Shown here: positions 12,363 through 24,985 of the stretch, piece after piece
How positions within the stretch are numbered: the stretch's first letter is position 1
Layout: the number at the start of each line of letters is the position of its first letter
NCBI GenBank assembly: GCA_002269645.1
Contig: NIVC01002707.1
Span: 84,274 to 148,273, forward strand
Source of the DNA: Macrostomum lignano
Taxonomy: Eukaryota
Direction of reading: 5' to 3'
DNA length: 64,000 bases
Program-made: the position numbers and the translations under genes
The notes under the pieces: generated by a model
Databases searched by the model: none
What the model was told of the DNA's origin: nothing
Seen by the model: the letters and a program-made list of their open reading frames with translations, nothing else

Positions 12363-14696
12363 TATGATTTAGCTAGGAAAAATAATTTAACAGATATTTT
12401 GTAAAGTAAATATATAACAAATGGTAAGAAAAAAATATATACAATATATATTGTCATATTGAGATAGCAGGTTTTAAAAAATATTAATGCATAAATTCAT
12501 ACTAGTATAAACATATATAAAATAAATTACATTCAAAGAGTAAGACTTTTAGAAAAGCCTAAAATATAGACATTTATAAGAATTATTAAGCATGCCATTA
12601 GCCAATTGATAGCATTTTTATACACTTTTAAATCTCTTTTCTCTTTCTCTTCTATATCTATTTGAGAAAAACGAATGAATCTGTTTAAATGTTGCAATTG
12701 CATACTTTATTTCAAAGTGTCTTATCTTATATTCTAAAACAGTTTAAATTGGATATAGATTTAGGATTGGGATTGAAGCCTGTAAATACAAACAAACATT
12801 AAAAATTGCAATTGCCTACTTTAAAATTGTTTCTGACCCTTTTTGAGTCTTTGACTCCATTATCCACCCTCCTCTCCACTTTTTGTGCCATTGCACTTGC
12901 TGTTTAACTCTTAGGCTTACAAAAGTAGAAAAGTACGAAGTGAAACGATAATTCTGCATGTGAATGATACTTAATTTTATAATTTTGAAATAACTCTATA
13001 ATTTCGCTATGATTCAGATAACAGAATACAAAAATCTGTAAGCATTATACTAACAGTAAATTATTGTTTACAAATATTAAACTTACATTTTATCTTCTTC
13101 AATAGGATAACCATACTCATCATACATTGTTTAATTTTTATTAAGATAACAAAGAACGGCAAATAACTAAATAATTTTAAACTGTTACAGTTGGATTGGA
13201 TCTGGGCGGCTAGGCCACTAAGTATAATTTTGCCACGAAAACTATTTACCATGGTTCTTGGAAAAGCAAATACTTAAACTTTTTCTTCTTGTCATATCTT
13301 AACAAAAATTTTATGAGAACATCAGAAAATTAGGTTTTTCTTAAATATATACTTAAAATATATTTATTTTCCAGCACAGAAGTTAAAAAATTGAGAAACA
13401 ACGTCTTTCTTCCAATATACTAAAAATGAGTTGTCTGTATGTATGTGGGTAGGTATGCGATAGATTTCAGAAAAAATGGCTCAACCGATTTTCTTCCAAC
13501 TTGCACCATTCGATCAGAAATTTTCCTGGGACGGTACATGCATCTTGGCTAAGAAATTGCTCAATTTTAAAGGGATTAAATATTCGAAAAACATGCTTTT
13601 TTGCAAAGGTCAAGCAGCTCTTTCGACCTGAAATGCATTGTAAAAATGCTAGAGAAAAAACTGACTGACTGAATTCTGATTGTGATAAAGATTGCATAAC
13701 AGCTGAATTGTACCTCCGCCTTGAATTGCGTCACAGTGTTGAAAACACTGTGTAGAAGCATATTACGAGACTTGATTTAGACTGCGTAACCATACTGACC
13801 GATTGAAAAATTGATTATGTCATAACTGCTTCGTGCTCATCTTATAGTGTAATTTTTGTTAAACATAAAAGAAGCGTCATGAAAAACCTAAAAAATGCTA
13901 GCGTCGAGGCTTACTAATTCAGAACCACAAGTGTCATAAAAATCGTAAAAGAAGTGTCATTTTAAGCATGAAAAGTTCCTGTAAAGCATAGAAGAAGCGC
14001 GAATATTCGAATAACACACATGCCTTTCTGCAAGGGTCAAGCAGAACTTCCTACTGTGAGCCATTCTGATTGGAATTAAACTTTGCAGCGCCCAGTAAAG
14101 TAGTATTTTTTTGTCGCCAGGCTAGAGAACTATAAATGTAGACTGCGAGAAAAGATTGTACATTATAAAATCTTCCCGTGCACAATTGACAAACTAACTT
14201 TAAATGCTGGAGAGAGGGAGAGTGAGAGAGTGAAATACATGCACATATATACAGTATCTAATTGATTCACAATATACGAACCATGTTTGAGACTGACCCT
14301 CCAAAATGTAATAAAACCGTCTGATTATAAAAAAGTCCAAAAGTGCCACAGAGATAGATGTACATTGGCTACTGAGGCTTGCGCCTCCTTCAGAAAATTT
14401 ATCTGAATCCTTTCACATAGGAGAGTTAGAGTTAGGTGTTTGAGAGAGAGTATTGAATAATAAAAAGAGTCCTGACCAATTAGCAGGCGGGTATTGGAGA
14501 GAATTTAGGCTTGCTGTACACACTGACAGTCTAACAGTGTACAAATGGTGTCCAGCTTTTTGGGATTGGGTGGTTGCTGAGTTTAAAACGCGTGACATTA
14601 TAGACTTCATACCTTTCTCTTTTCTCGCACACAACCCCTACTATCCTTTCTTTTCATTATCACTCAAAATTCTTATCTTTCAATTTGAATTCCAAT

Positions 14697-17600
14697 ATGG
14701 CTCGACGTGGCACCAGCGCATTGAAGAAGAGCAGAGATGCCAAGAAGAAGCGTCAGCAAGAGAGTGCCGTTCAGCGAGAGGAGCGGCTGGCTGAACTGCG
14801 GCAGCAGAAGAATGAGCGAACGGCCATGGAGACTGACGCGCAGCGAGAAGAGCGGTTGGCTGGACTGCGGCAGCAGAAGGCTGAGCGAACGGCCATGGAG
14901 ACTGACGCGCAGCGAGAAGAGCGGCTGGCTGGACACCGGCAGCAGGAGGCTGAGCGAAGGGCAACTGAAACCGACGCTCAGCGAGAAGAGCGCCTGACGA
15001 GACTCCGGCAGGAAAATGCTGAGCGAAGGGCAACTGAAACCGACGCTCAGCGAGAAGAGCGCCTGACGAGACTCCGGCAGGAAAATGCTGAGCGAAGGGC
15101 AACGGAAACAGACGCTCAGCGAGAAGAGCGTAGATCTGGAGACAGAACTCGTGCGGAGAAGCGACGCGCTTCAGAAACCGAAGAGCAACGAAGAGCTCGA
15201 GTGGAAGCCGAGCAAATTCGCCGTCGAGGAGTGTCGGCTGGCAGGTAGGATGACATTTTAATTGGAGCTATATATTTTATAGCTATATAAAATCCAAGTG
15301 CCCTTTGTGCCTAATTCGGGGTATTTTCTATCTTAGCTGATGTTTTATTGGTACTTGGGCATATAATTAAAAACTGGAATCTGTTTCGTGCATTTTTTCT
15401 CATCTTTTCAAGTCGATTGCTTTCCAAGAGTTTTATTTAAGAGATCAGTATAGAATAGCATAAAATTTATTCGTCACTACTTTAATTACCGGCAAATGAA
15501 GTTGTGTATAATTTTTTTCCTATATTCCAGGTTTGATAGTAGTGAGTTGGCCACACCGTCTGTGGTACCTTTTGATGCGTTGCGCATAATTCGCATTCCT
15601 GGTGATGGGAACTGTTTTTTTTATGCAGTCTGTGATCAGTTGCAGGGCACTCCACTTGAGACCGATGCGGCATCTTTAAGACACGAGCTGACGAGCCGTG
15701 TAGTGCAGATTATGCCAGAATTGATTGAACAAGGCTTTGTTTTGCCAGAAAATGCTGATTTCATTGTTGATTCCTCTTTTTCTGAAGGCACATATGTGCC
15801 TGATGAAGTTGTTCCGCTTTTAAGCCGTTGTTTTAATGTTGATCTGGTGATTTATCAAGAAAACGGCACTGTACTGCAGTACTGTATGTCCCCTTTGCAG
15901 CCACCGATTGCAATCGTCCGAATTCTTTTGCGTCATGAGCATTATGAGTCATTGCGATTTGCTAATCCGATTCCAGTTTCTGAGCCCATTGTAGATGCAG
16001 AGGAGCCAAGATTAACTCAGCAGAGTGCAGGTCATTTTGGCGCAAGACCTGCTCAAGAGAGGTAGGTCATTGGTGTGACTGGTCATCATAATTTATTTGT
16101 CATCGAACTCAAGTTGTTTTATTCCAATAAATTTTTTTGTAAACTGAAAGATTAACTGGGAAAACTGTTTGCCATTAATCCTTCCTAATCCTAATCCTTC
16201 TAATCACAGGCCAGAACGGATTATCAGGCCTGAAGCGCCAGCCCATAACTGTGGCCCAATGGACAGAGCATGCGACCAATGCGGTGCATTACTTTGGTGC
16301 TCTGAGACGAGGAATTTCTGCTGCGCCAAAGGCAAGGTGAAGCTGCCCAGCCGCACCGTGCCTCAAGTGCTGGCAGATCTGTACCTGGGGCGGCACAGAA
16401 TGAGTGCCGAGTTCCTGACCAACATTCGGAGTTACAACTCGGCGCTGCACCTGACATCGCTGGGTGCCAAACTGCGGTTGGTGCCAGGCTGGTGTCCCAG
16501 CTTCATCATCAGCGGCCAGTTGCATCACAACACGGCGCCGCTGTTTGCAGAGGATTCAGCTGAGCCCCATGGCTGGCAGGTGTATTTCAATGATCGCGAA
16601 CTTGAAAGCCGCCAGAGTCTCAGCCAGAAGGTGAAGCCGGAGCTACTGGAGCTATTGCAGACGCTGCTTCACGAGTGCAACGGCTATGTCCGCAGCCTGA
16701 GGGCAGTCGCTCATCGAATCAGTCAAGATCCGGAGTTGGGAGATGCGCGAATCGTAATTCACCCTGACCGTCGACCATCTGGGGAACACATTCGGTATGT
16801 CTGCAAGACATTCTAATAAGATATTTTGCGTAATAAATTATCCAATTATCCAATTTGTACAGACTCTGTATCCCACAAACTCCGTTCAAAATCAGGCGCT
16901 ACAACTTGCCTACGGCGAACGAGGTCGGTATCCTGATTGTGGAGGACAATGAGAACACACCGGCCAGTCGGGACGTCGTGATTCAACTGCGTGGTGGCGG
17001 TTCCCAGAGAATCAGCGAGACGCACCGCTCATATGACCCGCTGGAGTATGTGCTGCTGTTCCCGAATGGCGAAGATGGCTGGCACCCAGAGTTGCGCATG
17101 AGTAATGGCAAGAAATTGACGCCCATGAAATACTATGCGAGCGAAATCATGGTGCGAGCGGGCCAGTTCAGTGTGCTGCACTATGGCCGAAGATTATTTC
17201 AGCAGTACTTGGTGGACATGTGTGCCAAGATTGAGGCAGAGAGGCTGCTGTATTTGCGGACCCATCAGCAGGACCTGCGCAGCGAGACATACAGCGGTCT
17301 GCGGGACGCTCTGTTTGCAGCTGATGGCAGGTCTACCGACAGAGATCCGAGTGACATAGGCAAGCCCGCGCATGTGCTTCTGTCTTCGAGCTTCGTTGGC
17401 GGGCCAAGGTACCTGATGGAGAGGCTACAGGACGCTATGACCTATGTTCACAAGTTCGGTAAGCCGGACCTGTTTGTCACCGCAACGTGCAATCCGAAAT
17501 GGCCGGAGATCAGCGCTCAGCTGCTGCCTGGACAGCGGGCAGAAGACCGGCCGGACATTGTTAGCCGAGTCTTTGAAATGAAGAAGAAAGCTCTTCTGGC

Positions 17601-20600
17601 CCAGTTGACCAAGCGCTATGGGAAAGAGGCCGCTCACGTTTGCTCACTGGAGTACCAGAAGCGTGGTGAGTAAAAATTCTGACTTGCAAGAATCAAAGTT
17701 TTAAAATTTAGATTTACAAAGGTTTTGTGATATTTTTTAATACTTTTTTGACGCTCCAGGTCTTCCTCATGTGCACTTTCTGCTGTGGCTCGTGAGCGGT
17801 CAGCGAGTGACTCCGGACCGATACGATGACATCGTGTCTGCCGAGATTCCGGACCCAGAGCAGCAGCCTGTGCTGTATGAGCTGGTGAAGACGCACATGA
17901 TCCATGGCCCCTGCGGCAAGGAGAATCCGGCGTGTCCTTGCATGGAGAATGGCGAATGCAGCAAGGGCTTTCCGAAAGAGTTCCAGCAGGTGACGCTGAC
18001 CAGCGATACTGGCTACCCACTGTACCGCAGACTATCGCCTGAGATGGGCGGATTTACAGTGGACAAACTGTTCAAAGGCCGGAGCATTCGCATGGACAAC
18101 AGGGAAGTTCAAACGCTAATATATTGCTTAGTTGTGCATTGCAGCTTTTGTTTCTGAAAGTTAATGATATTATTTTTTCATTAAAACAGGTGGGTCGTTC
18201 CGTACAGCCCTGACCTGTTGCTCCAGTTTGCGTGCCACTTGAACGTCGAAGTTTGCGCCACTGTGAAGTCGGTCAAGTACGTGATCAAGTACCTGTTAAA
18301 GGGTGGCGACATGGCGACGTTCAAAGTCGATGCCAATAGGAATTCTACTGAACCGAGAGAGCAGGCAGTGGGTAACCAGCAGCCGACGCAAACGACACGA
18401 AATGAGCCGCGGCGTGATGAGATTAAGGAGTACCTGTCCGCGCGCTACATTGGTCCAATGGAAGCCGTGAATACCATCTTGGGCTTTGAAGTAATTCGCA
18501 TTCTAATTATTATTGGCTCATTTTAACCAGAGCTGTGAAACCTCGTCATAGTATAAATTGAATTTCCATCGAAACTTAAAGGCTGTATATTTTCCTTCCA
18601 CTTTCTGATCAGGTGCACAACAGGTTTCCGGCGGTCATCCGACTCTGCGTTCACAAGTCGGAAGAGCAGCTCGTGTATTTCAACGAGGGGACCGCAAGAG
18701 CAAAAGCGAGAACGCCGAAGGATTCGACGTTGACGGCATTTTTCAAGCTGTGCCGTATTGACGAATTTGCTGGGTCCTTGCTCTACACGGAGGTGCCGTC
18801 CTACTTTGTGTGGCACTCCAGCGAAAGAGAGTGGCGGCGGGCCAAGCAGGGTGTGCGAGTCGATGGCCATCCGGGTGTAGTGCGGAACAAAAACGTTGCA
18901 CGCATGTACACGGTGAGTCCAAGAGCAGGTGATTTATTTTATGTTCGAATGCTCCTTTTGAATGTTAGGGGACCGACTAGCTTCGAGGCGCTGCAGACCG
19001 TGGACGGCGTTGTGCATCCGAGCGCCAAGGCTGCTTGCATGGCCCTTGGCCTGCTGCAGCGAGATGATCACTGGCGGCGGTGTCTAGCTGAGGCCGTTCA
19101 GTCAAGAATGCCAAGAGCCCTGAGACATCTTCTGGCCGTAATTCTCATATGGGGTGAGCCTGAGGATGGCAGCGACCTCTGGTGCAGTTTTGCCGAGGAT
19201 CTCAGCGAGGACCTGCGGTTCCACCACCGAGACTTGAGCACCGAGGAGATTACTGACCTGGCGCTGCGTGAGCTTCAGAGCATGCTGATCTCCATGGGCG
19301 GGAGAAGCCTGCCAGAGTACGGCCTGCCTGCGGCCTCCGTGACACCTCAAGATGGACCAATGCAGTTTGATACGGTTGAGCAAGCACTGATTACTGAGGC
19401 GCGCTTACCAATGCTGACAGATGAGCAGAAAGCGGTGTACGAGTCCGTGACTCAGAATCTTGTGGACGGCACCAGCGGCTTGCACTTCCTGGACGCACCT
19501 GCTGGCACTGGCAAGACCTTCCTGCTAGAGGTTCTGCTAGCCTTCGTGCGCAGCCGGGGTGAAGTCGCCCTCGCCGTTGCGGCTTCTGGAATCGCAGCGA
19601 CTCTTTTGCCAGGTGGACAGACGGCGCATTCAACGTGAGTAATTTATTGTCAATATTTCAAAAAGCAGTTGTAAATATTTCGTGTGCTGTAAATATGTTA
19701 GGCATGGTGAAACTATTTGTCTATGCCAGGTTCAAGATACCAATTCGGGCGATCCGTTCGAGCAAAGACGTGTGCGCTGTTGGAGCGCAGTCCAAACAGG
19801 CCGCTGTATTTCGGACAGTGCGTCTAATTGTCTGGGACGAGATTTCTATGACAAACCGAAGGATTTGGAGGCCGTCGACCGGTGCTTGCGAGACGTGCGG
19901 AAGCAGGACGTGCCATTCGGCGGAGTGGTTTTCGTTTGCGCTGGGGACTTTCGCCAGCTGCTGCCCGTTGTGGTGCATGGGACTCGAGCCAACAGCGTCA
20001 TGGCGTGTGTCAGCAGATCCCCACTGTGGAAATTTTTCCGGCGGCATCGCCTTACAAGAAACATCCGATTGCTGAGCAGTTCCGATTCTGCAACGTATTT
20101 GAGATACACCGAGCTACTCAAGCAGGTAAGTTTGTTTTCATCAGTTTATTTATTGGAAGATTTAAGGATATTCGGTTTCTTTCGTGTTGAGAGCTCCATT
20201 TAAAAAATTGTGGCTTATTCAAGAATGCCTAGCTTAAAGTCTGTCTAGCGTTTTAAATATTTGACTTTTAACTCCCCAGATCGGATCCGGAACAATTGAG
20301 CAGGATGCAGAGGAGAAAGTGTCTCTTCCTGCTGAGATCATCATTTCTGCGGAGGCGCCGCTCAATGATCTGATAAATTTTGTGTACCCATCGTTTGAGG
20401 CGTCAGTGGAGAGGGACGGCTACTTTGCAAGCCGAGCGATCCTGGCGCCGTACAATGACTCAGTGGATGCCATCAACGAGACGTGCCTGGGCATGTTTCC
20501 CGGCAGCCTGCGGGAGTACCGCTCAATAGACAGTGTGGCCGATGAGGATGCCGCTACGCACTTCCCGCCTGAGTTGCTCAACCAGCTGGATGCCCCGAAC

Positions 20601-21044
20601 TTTCCGATTCACTTGCTGAGGCTAAAAGTGGGTATGCCAGTAGTTCTTCTCAGGAACATCAACCCGCCACGATTGTGCAATGGTACGCGGCTCATCATAC
20701 TCGCAATGGGCGAGAACGTGCTTAGATGCAAGATTGCCGCCGGCCAGTTCACGGGAGACGAGATTCTTCTGCCGCGAATCCCGCTGATTCCTAGCAATGC
20801 GGACCTCCCCGTCAGTTTTAAGCGGCTGCAGTTCCCTGTGAAGCCGAGTTTCTGCCTGACGATTCACAAGTCGCAGGGACAGTCTCTGGACACAGTTGGC
20901 ATTGACCTGTCAGTCGGTTGCTTCACGCATGGCCAGCTGTACACGGCGCTGTCACGAGCAAAGAACGCGGCAAATGTTCGCGTCCGGATTCCGGGAACAA
21001 GGACCAGAAACGTTGTGTTTCCAGAAGTTCTCACTGAAGAGTAA
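14697..21044 (+). pseudogene. Helitron Rep/helicase gene (STPR-like repeats, OTU, Zn finger, HUH Rep, PIF1 helicase), 9 exons, about 1750 aa if repaired
   Basis: Exons 14697-15244, 15531-16061, 16210-16794, 16896-17665, 17760-18102, 18190-18490, 18613-19634, 19730-20125, 20280-21044. Motifs: PGDGNCFFYA (OTU); FGKPDLFVTATCNPKW, EYQKRGLPHVH and VKYVIKY (Rep I-III); APAGTGKT, WDEISM, GDFRQLLPV, TIHKSQGQSL and GQLYTALSR (PIF1). Lesions: donor GGAAGT instead of GTAAGT at 18103, and a 1-nt deletion near 19860. Confidence 0.9.
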
Positions 21045-22189
21045 TTTATTTATCGCAAAAAATGAGGGGTGAGCAATAATTTTCCTTATGCAAAAGGCTA
21101 GAAATTATATTCATTTATTTTTAAGGAAAAATAGAATAATTATTTCCCCATATCTCTTAAGTAATAGCTCTCATTCTCTAAAGCAATAGCTGTCAATAGC
21201 TCTCATTCCTAAAAGAATCGCAGGAAACTTATTGCCCCAACCTCATTTCTAACGAAGCTTAGATATTGCATGGCAGTGAGTACGAGCTAATAGCTGATGA
21301 ACTTTATGTTGAAGCTCAATTAGGCTTATTTTATTCATTGTATTAATTTTTACAGTCAATTTGCACTTTACAGTTAATTTGTATTTTAAGGCAATTTCAT
21401 ATTAGCCGAAAGTAACTTTTGAAACAAACCTTCTTTTGCACTGCTTTTAATGAATTCAATCTTTGATGAGCAGTTAATTTTGTCTTTTATTTTTCACCTG
21501 AAATTTCATTATAATTCGTGTAAAAACTTTACTTATTTTATATCGCAAATTTATGCAAAAGACGAAACAATTTTGTTTTTAGTTTTCCAAGGTTCGCAAA
21601 AACTTAACATTAGAGTGAATTTTAGTATATGGATTTTTACGCAAACTACGAGTGACAGTCTTTTTTTCAAAAATCAAAAATATCTCAAGTCACCTGTAAC
21701 TGTAAGCTTATAAAAAACGATTTGCATCAACTTGCGACGGGGCCTTCGTCTTCCATATATTGAAAGTTGAATAATATACGAAACTCACAAGATGTCAATT
21801 TTAACTAAGGCGAAGGCCCTGAATGAAGCTTTTGTCTTACTTCATTTCTTAATCTTTGGCGAAACAAATATGAATAGTCTGTGGCAAAGCGCAAAGGCTA
21901 AGGAAATAGAGCCGAACTGATTGTTCTGACTATGGATTTGAGGGCAGGAATGAGCGAATCCGAGGGCTGCGACTATAGACTAACGTAGAGTATTAAAGGA
22001 ACTCATCTGGTCACATGCAGCCATTGCACACGCTATGTATACGTGACATATCGGTTGTACTTTTAATGCCATGTTCATAAGTTTCACTTTGTACTTTTCA
22101 AGTTTATTCGCGAAAAAATACAAAAAATTCTTGCGTTACAAACGTCAAAAACGTTTAACAAAACGTTTAACAAACGTTAAAAATTAAAG

Positions 22190-22850
22190 AGCCACCATGT
22201 CTAACATTAAAGAGCCACCATGTCAAACATCAAAGAGCCACCATGCCAAACATTAAAGAGCCACCATGTCAAACATAATAGGACCAACATGTCAAACATT
22301 AAAGAGCCACAATGTCAAGCATAAAAGGACCACCATATCGAACATTAAAGAGCCACCATGTCAAAAATAAAAAAGCCACCATGTAGAACATTAAAGAGCC
22401 ATTATGTCAAACATAAAAGAGCCACCATGTCAAACATTAAAGAGCCACCATGTCAAACATAAAAGGACCAACATGTCAAACATTTAAGAGCCACCATGTG
22501 AAGCATAAAAGGACCACCATGTCGAGCATTAAAGAGCCACCATGTCTAACATTAAAGAGCCACCATGTCTAACATTAAAGAGCCACCATGTCTAACATTA
22601 AAGAGCCATCATTACATTGAGGTGCCACCAGGTCAAACATTAAAGAGCCACCATGTCAATCATAAAAGAGCCACCATGTCCAACATATATGTGACTCCAT
22701 GTCAAACATTAAATAGCCACCATGTCTAACATTAAAGAGCCACCATGTCGAACATTAAAGAGCCATCATGTCAAACACTAAAGAGCCACTATGTCAAACA
22801 TAAAAGAGCCACCATGTCAAACATAAAAGAGCCACCATGTCAAACATAAA
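22190..22850. repeat. 23-bp minisatellite inside the Helitron 3' region
   Basis: Unit AAACATTAAAGAGCCACCATGTC, period 23 (22191 to 22214), about 28 copies. Confidence 0.93.
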
Positions 22851-22944
22851 AGATACACAATTTCAAACGTAAAAGTAAGCGTCATGCCAATTTTAAAGGA
22901 GCCACTATAGAGCTAAGGAAATTGCAGCACTAGCTACTTATTGT

Positions 22945-23025
22945 CTGGTGGATGCTTACTATTTGGGGATGCTTGCTATCTGGGGGATGCTTGCAATCTG
23001 GGGGATGCTTGCTGTCTTGGGATGT
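22945..23025. repeat. Short 18-bp repeat near the Helitron 3' end
   Basis: About 4.5 copies of TGGGGGATGCTTGCTATC. Confidence 0.8.
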
Positions 23026-24744
23026 TTTCTTTTTGCATTACACTTTATTTGAGCAGTTTGTCTGTTGTCTTTGTGAAGGCTTTATTTGGCTGTCTTTTTG
23101 TTACTTGTAGAGAACAGAGATTCTATACAGATGTCCCCCAACGGGGGGCGAAGATTGCTAGTTAAAGACTAAAAATGTTCCTCTCTACGTCAGTTGACAA
23201 ATCACTGTGGCTTTCTTTTGTATGAAGTGCCAGAAAGTTAATTTTTACGCAGTTACACTTAAAGACACAAGTGATTTTGAATTTAGGAATGCATTATTCG
23301 ACGTTGTTGTCTGTATGAAGCCTCACATGCATCAGCGAGTCGTTTTAACAACTGCACATCGAAATCAATCGAATTGTCATCAGTATTAAAGTCACACACG
23401 ACAGATGCATAATTTTCTGTATTGTTTCAATGTATTACACCAACATAAGCAGAGGCATCGCTAAATGGGGGCAAGAAATACATCCCCGTATAATCAATAA
23501 ATTTAATAAAATTTTGAATGCTTGTCCTTTTATTATCTGCAAAGAAACAAGATCTGATTCTGAATACACACAGATCCATTCGAATAAAACTAAGACAGAA
23601 AATTGTACAAAGGCGTCGTGATCATGGATCGGATAAACAAACATATTGGATTGGTGTGTGGCCGCATCGTATTTATATAGCCTGTTGCATATTTATTATA
23701 TTTGTATTAGTCAATACGCTTTGCAATACGGTTGTGGGACGCGGGGAGAACCCGGCTGATTGCTTTTTGTGTTTGCAATTCTCCTGGGTATTTTCAATTT
23801 AATACAACTTTACACGTCAACTAAATTAGGAATTTTTACACATGATATTATAAAATATAATTGTTTAAAATGCTTGCACGGGCACAGCTGCCGCGGGGAA
23901 CAAGTGTGTGCTTTTGTGTGAGAGACACGAGTTGTGAATTTATTGAAACAGAGCTTTAATTAACAACCAACAATCAGACACTGTCACTAATATATTACTA
24001 CTCATAGTAACAAGTACGAGAATTTGAACGGATATTAAAAAAATGCAAGGGTTTAAAAATCAGGCAACATGAAAAACAGACGAATAATATTACAGCACAA
24101 GATACAACGGGAGCGCAAACGGAGAATTTTGGAACAGCTAAATCCGGACTTTGCCAGCTTGGGAATGAACAGTATTTGAACAGGCAAATTTATTAAACTT
24201 ACAAGCTTTACTAAACTGAAAAACATTTTAGTTTTACAATAATTTTTACAATATTTGCTTACACGGAAAGGACACAAAAACGAAGATTAAAAAAGCAACA
24301 ACTATTTTGCTAGCACAGGAAGCGGGCTTTATAATAATCAAATTTTGAATGACGGAGTGCTTTTGGGACATCGCCAGTGTCTACGCTTTACCAAATCAAT
24401 GCTGAGTGTGAAAGAACACAGCTATTTATTCTATATTACTTATTTCTATCAGTAGCATTACGATATCATATAGGTGGGAAAAGACACGCCTTGGTGTATA
24501 AATGAATTTTTGCCTAGATAAAACCCCAAGAATCCTAAAGCAGTAAAGGCTGTCTGTTCAAAGCAATGAAAATAACCTGCTTGTCTTTTTGGCTAACTAG
24601 GTGCGAGAGACATCAACTTTGCTGGTCTAAGCTGCAGACAGCAGAGTCACGGCACTAATGATAACCTAGCTTAGTATCATTTACTGAGATAGTGTGGCCT
24701 ATCTAGCGTTTTAGAATCCCATCGAACCCATTAAACACGTCACA

Positions 24745-24940
24745 TTTCTTTCGATACATTAGCAACCTTTGAAGCTTTTCTGCTATGAATTATTACTAAA
24801 TGAATTACTTATCTTTCGATACATATCGGCTAAATTAAGCTAGAAACCTTGAAGCTTTTCTGCAAGGAATTATTATTCAATGAATTACTTATCTTTCGAT
24901 ACATATCGGCTAAATTAAGCTATCAACCTTAAAGCTTTCT
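24745..24940. repeat. About 80-bp tandem duplication downstream of the ARID2 stop
   Basis: AATGAATTACTTATCTTTCGATACATATCGGCTAAATTAAGCTA occurs at 24799 and 24879, plus a partial third copy. Confidence 0.8.
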
Positions 24941-24985
24941 TCAACGATACTGATTATCGATTCAATAATTCAGTTGAAGTAGTAG

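Larger units (their letters stand above)
13411..23161 (+). mobile_element. Helitron, near full length (about 9.75 kb)
   Basis: 3' end: GC hairpin GTCCCCC-AAC-GGGGGGC (23133-23149), then CTAG (23158-23161), followed by T, which is the canonical Helitron terminus. Putative 5' end: TC at 13411 followed by TGTCTGTATGTATG...AAAATGGCTCAACCGATTTT, typical of invertebrate Helitron 5' subtermini. It is preceded by T rather than the usual A, so this end is less certain. A Rep/Hel gene lies inside. Confidence 0.8.

Noticed and set aside
23860-23900. Alternative Helitron 3' end (GCACGGGCACAGCTG)
   Set aside because: No CTRR terminus and no clear hairpin; the 23133-23161 site is canonical.
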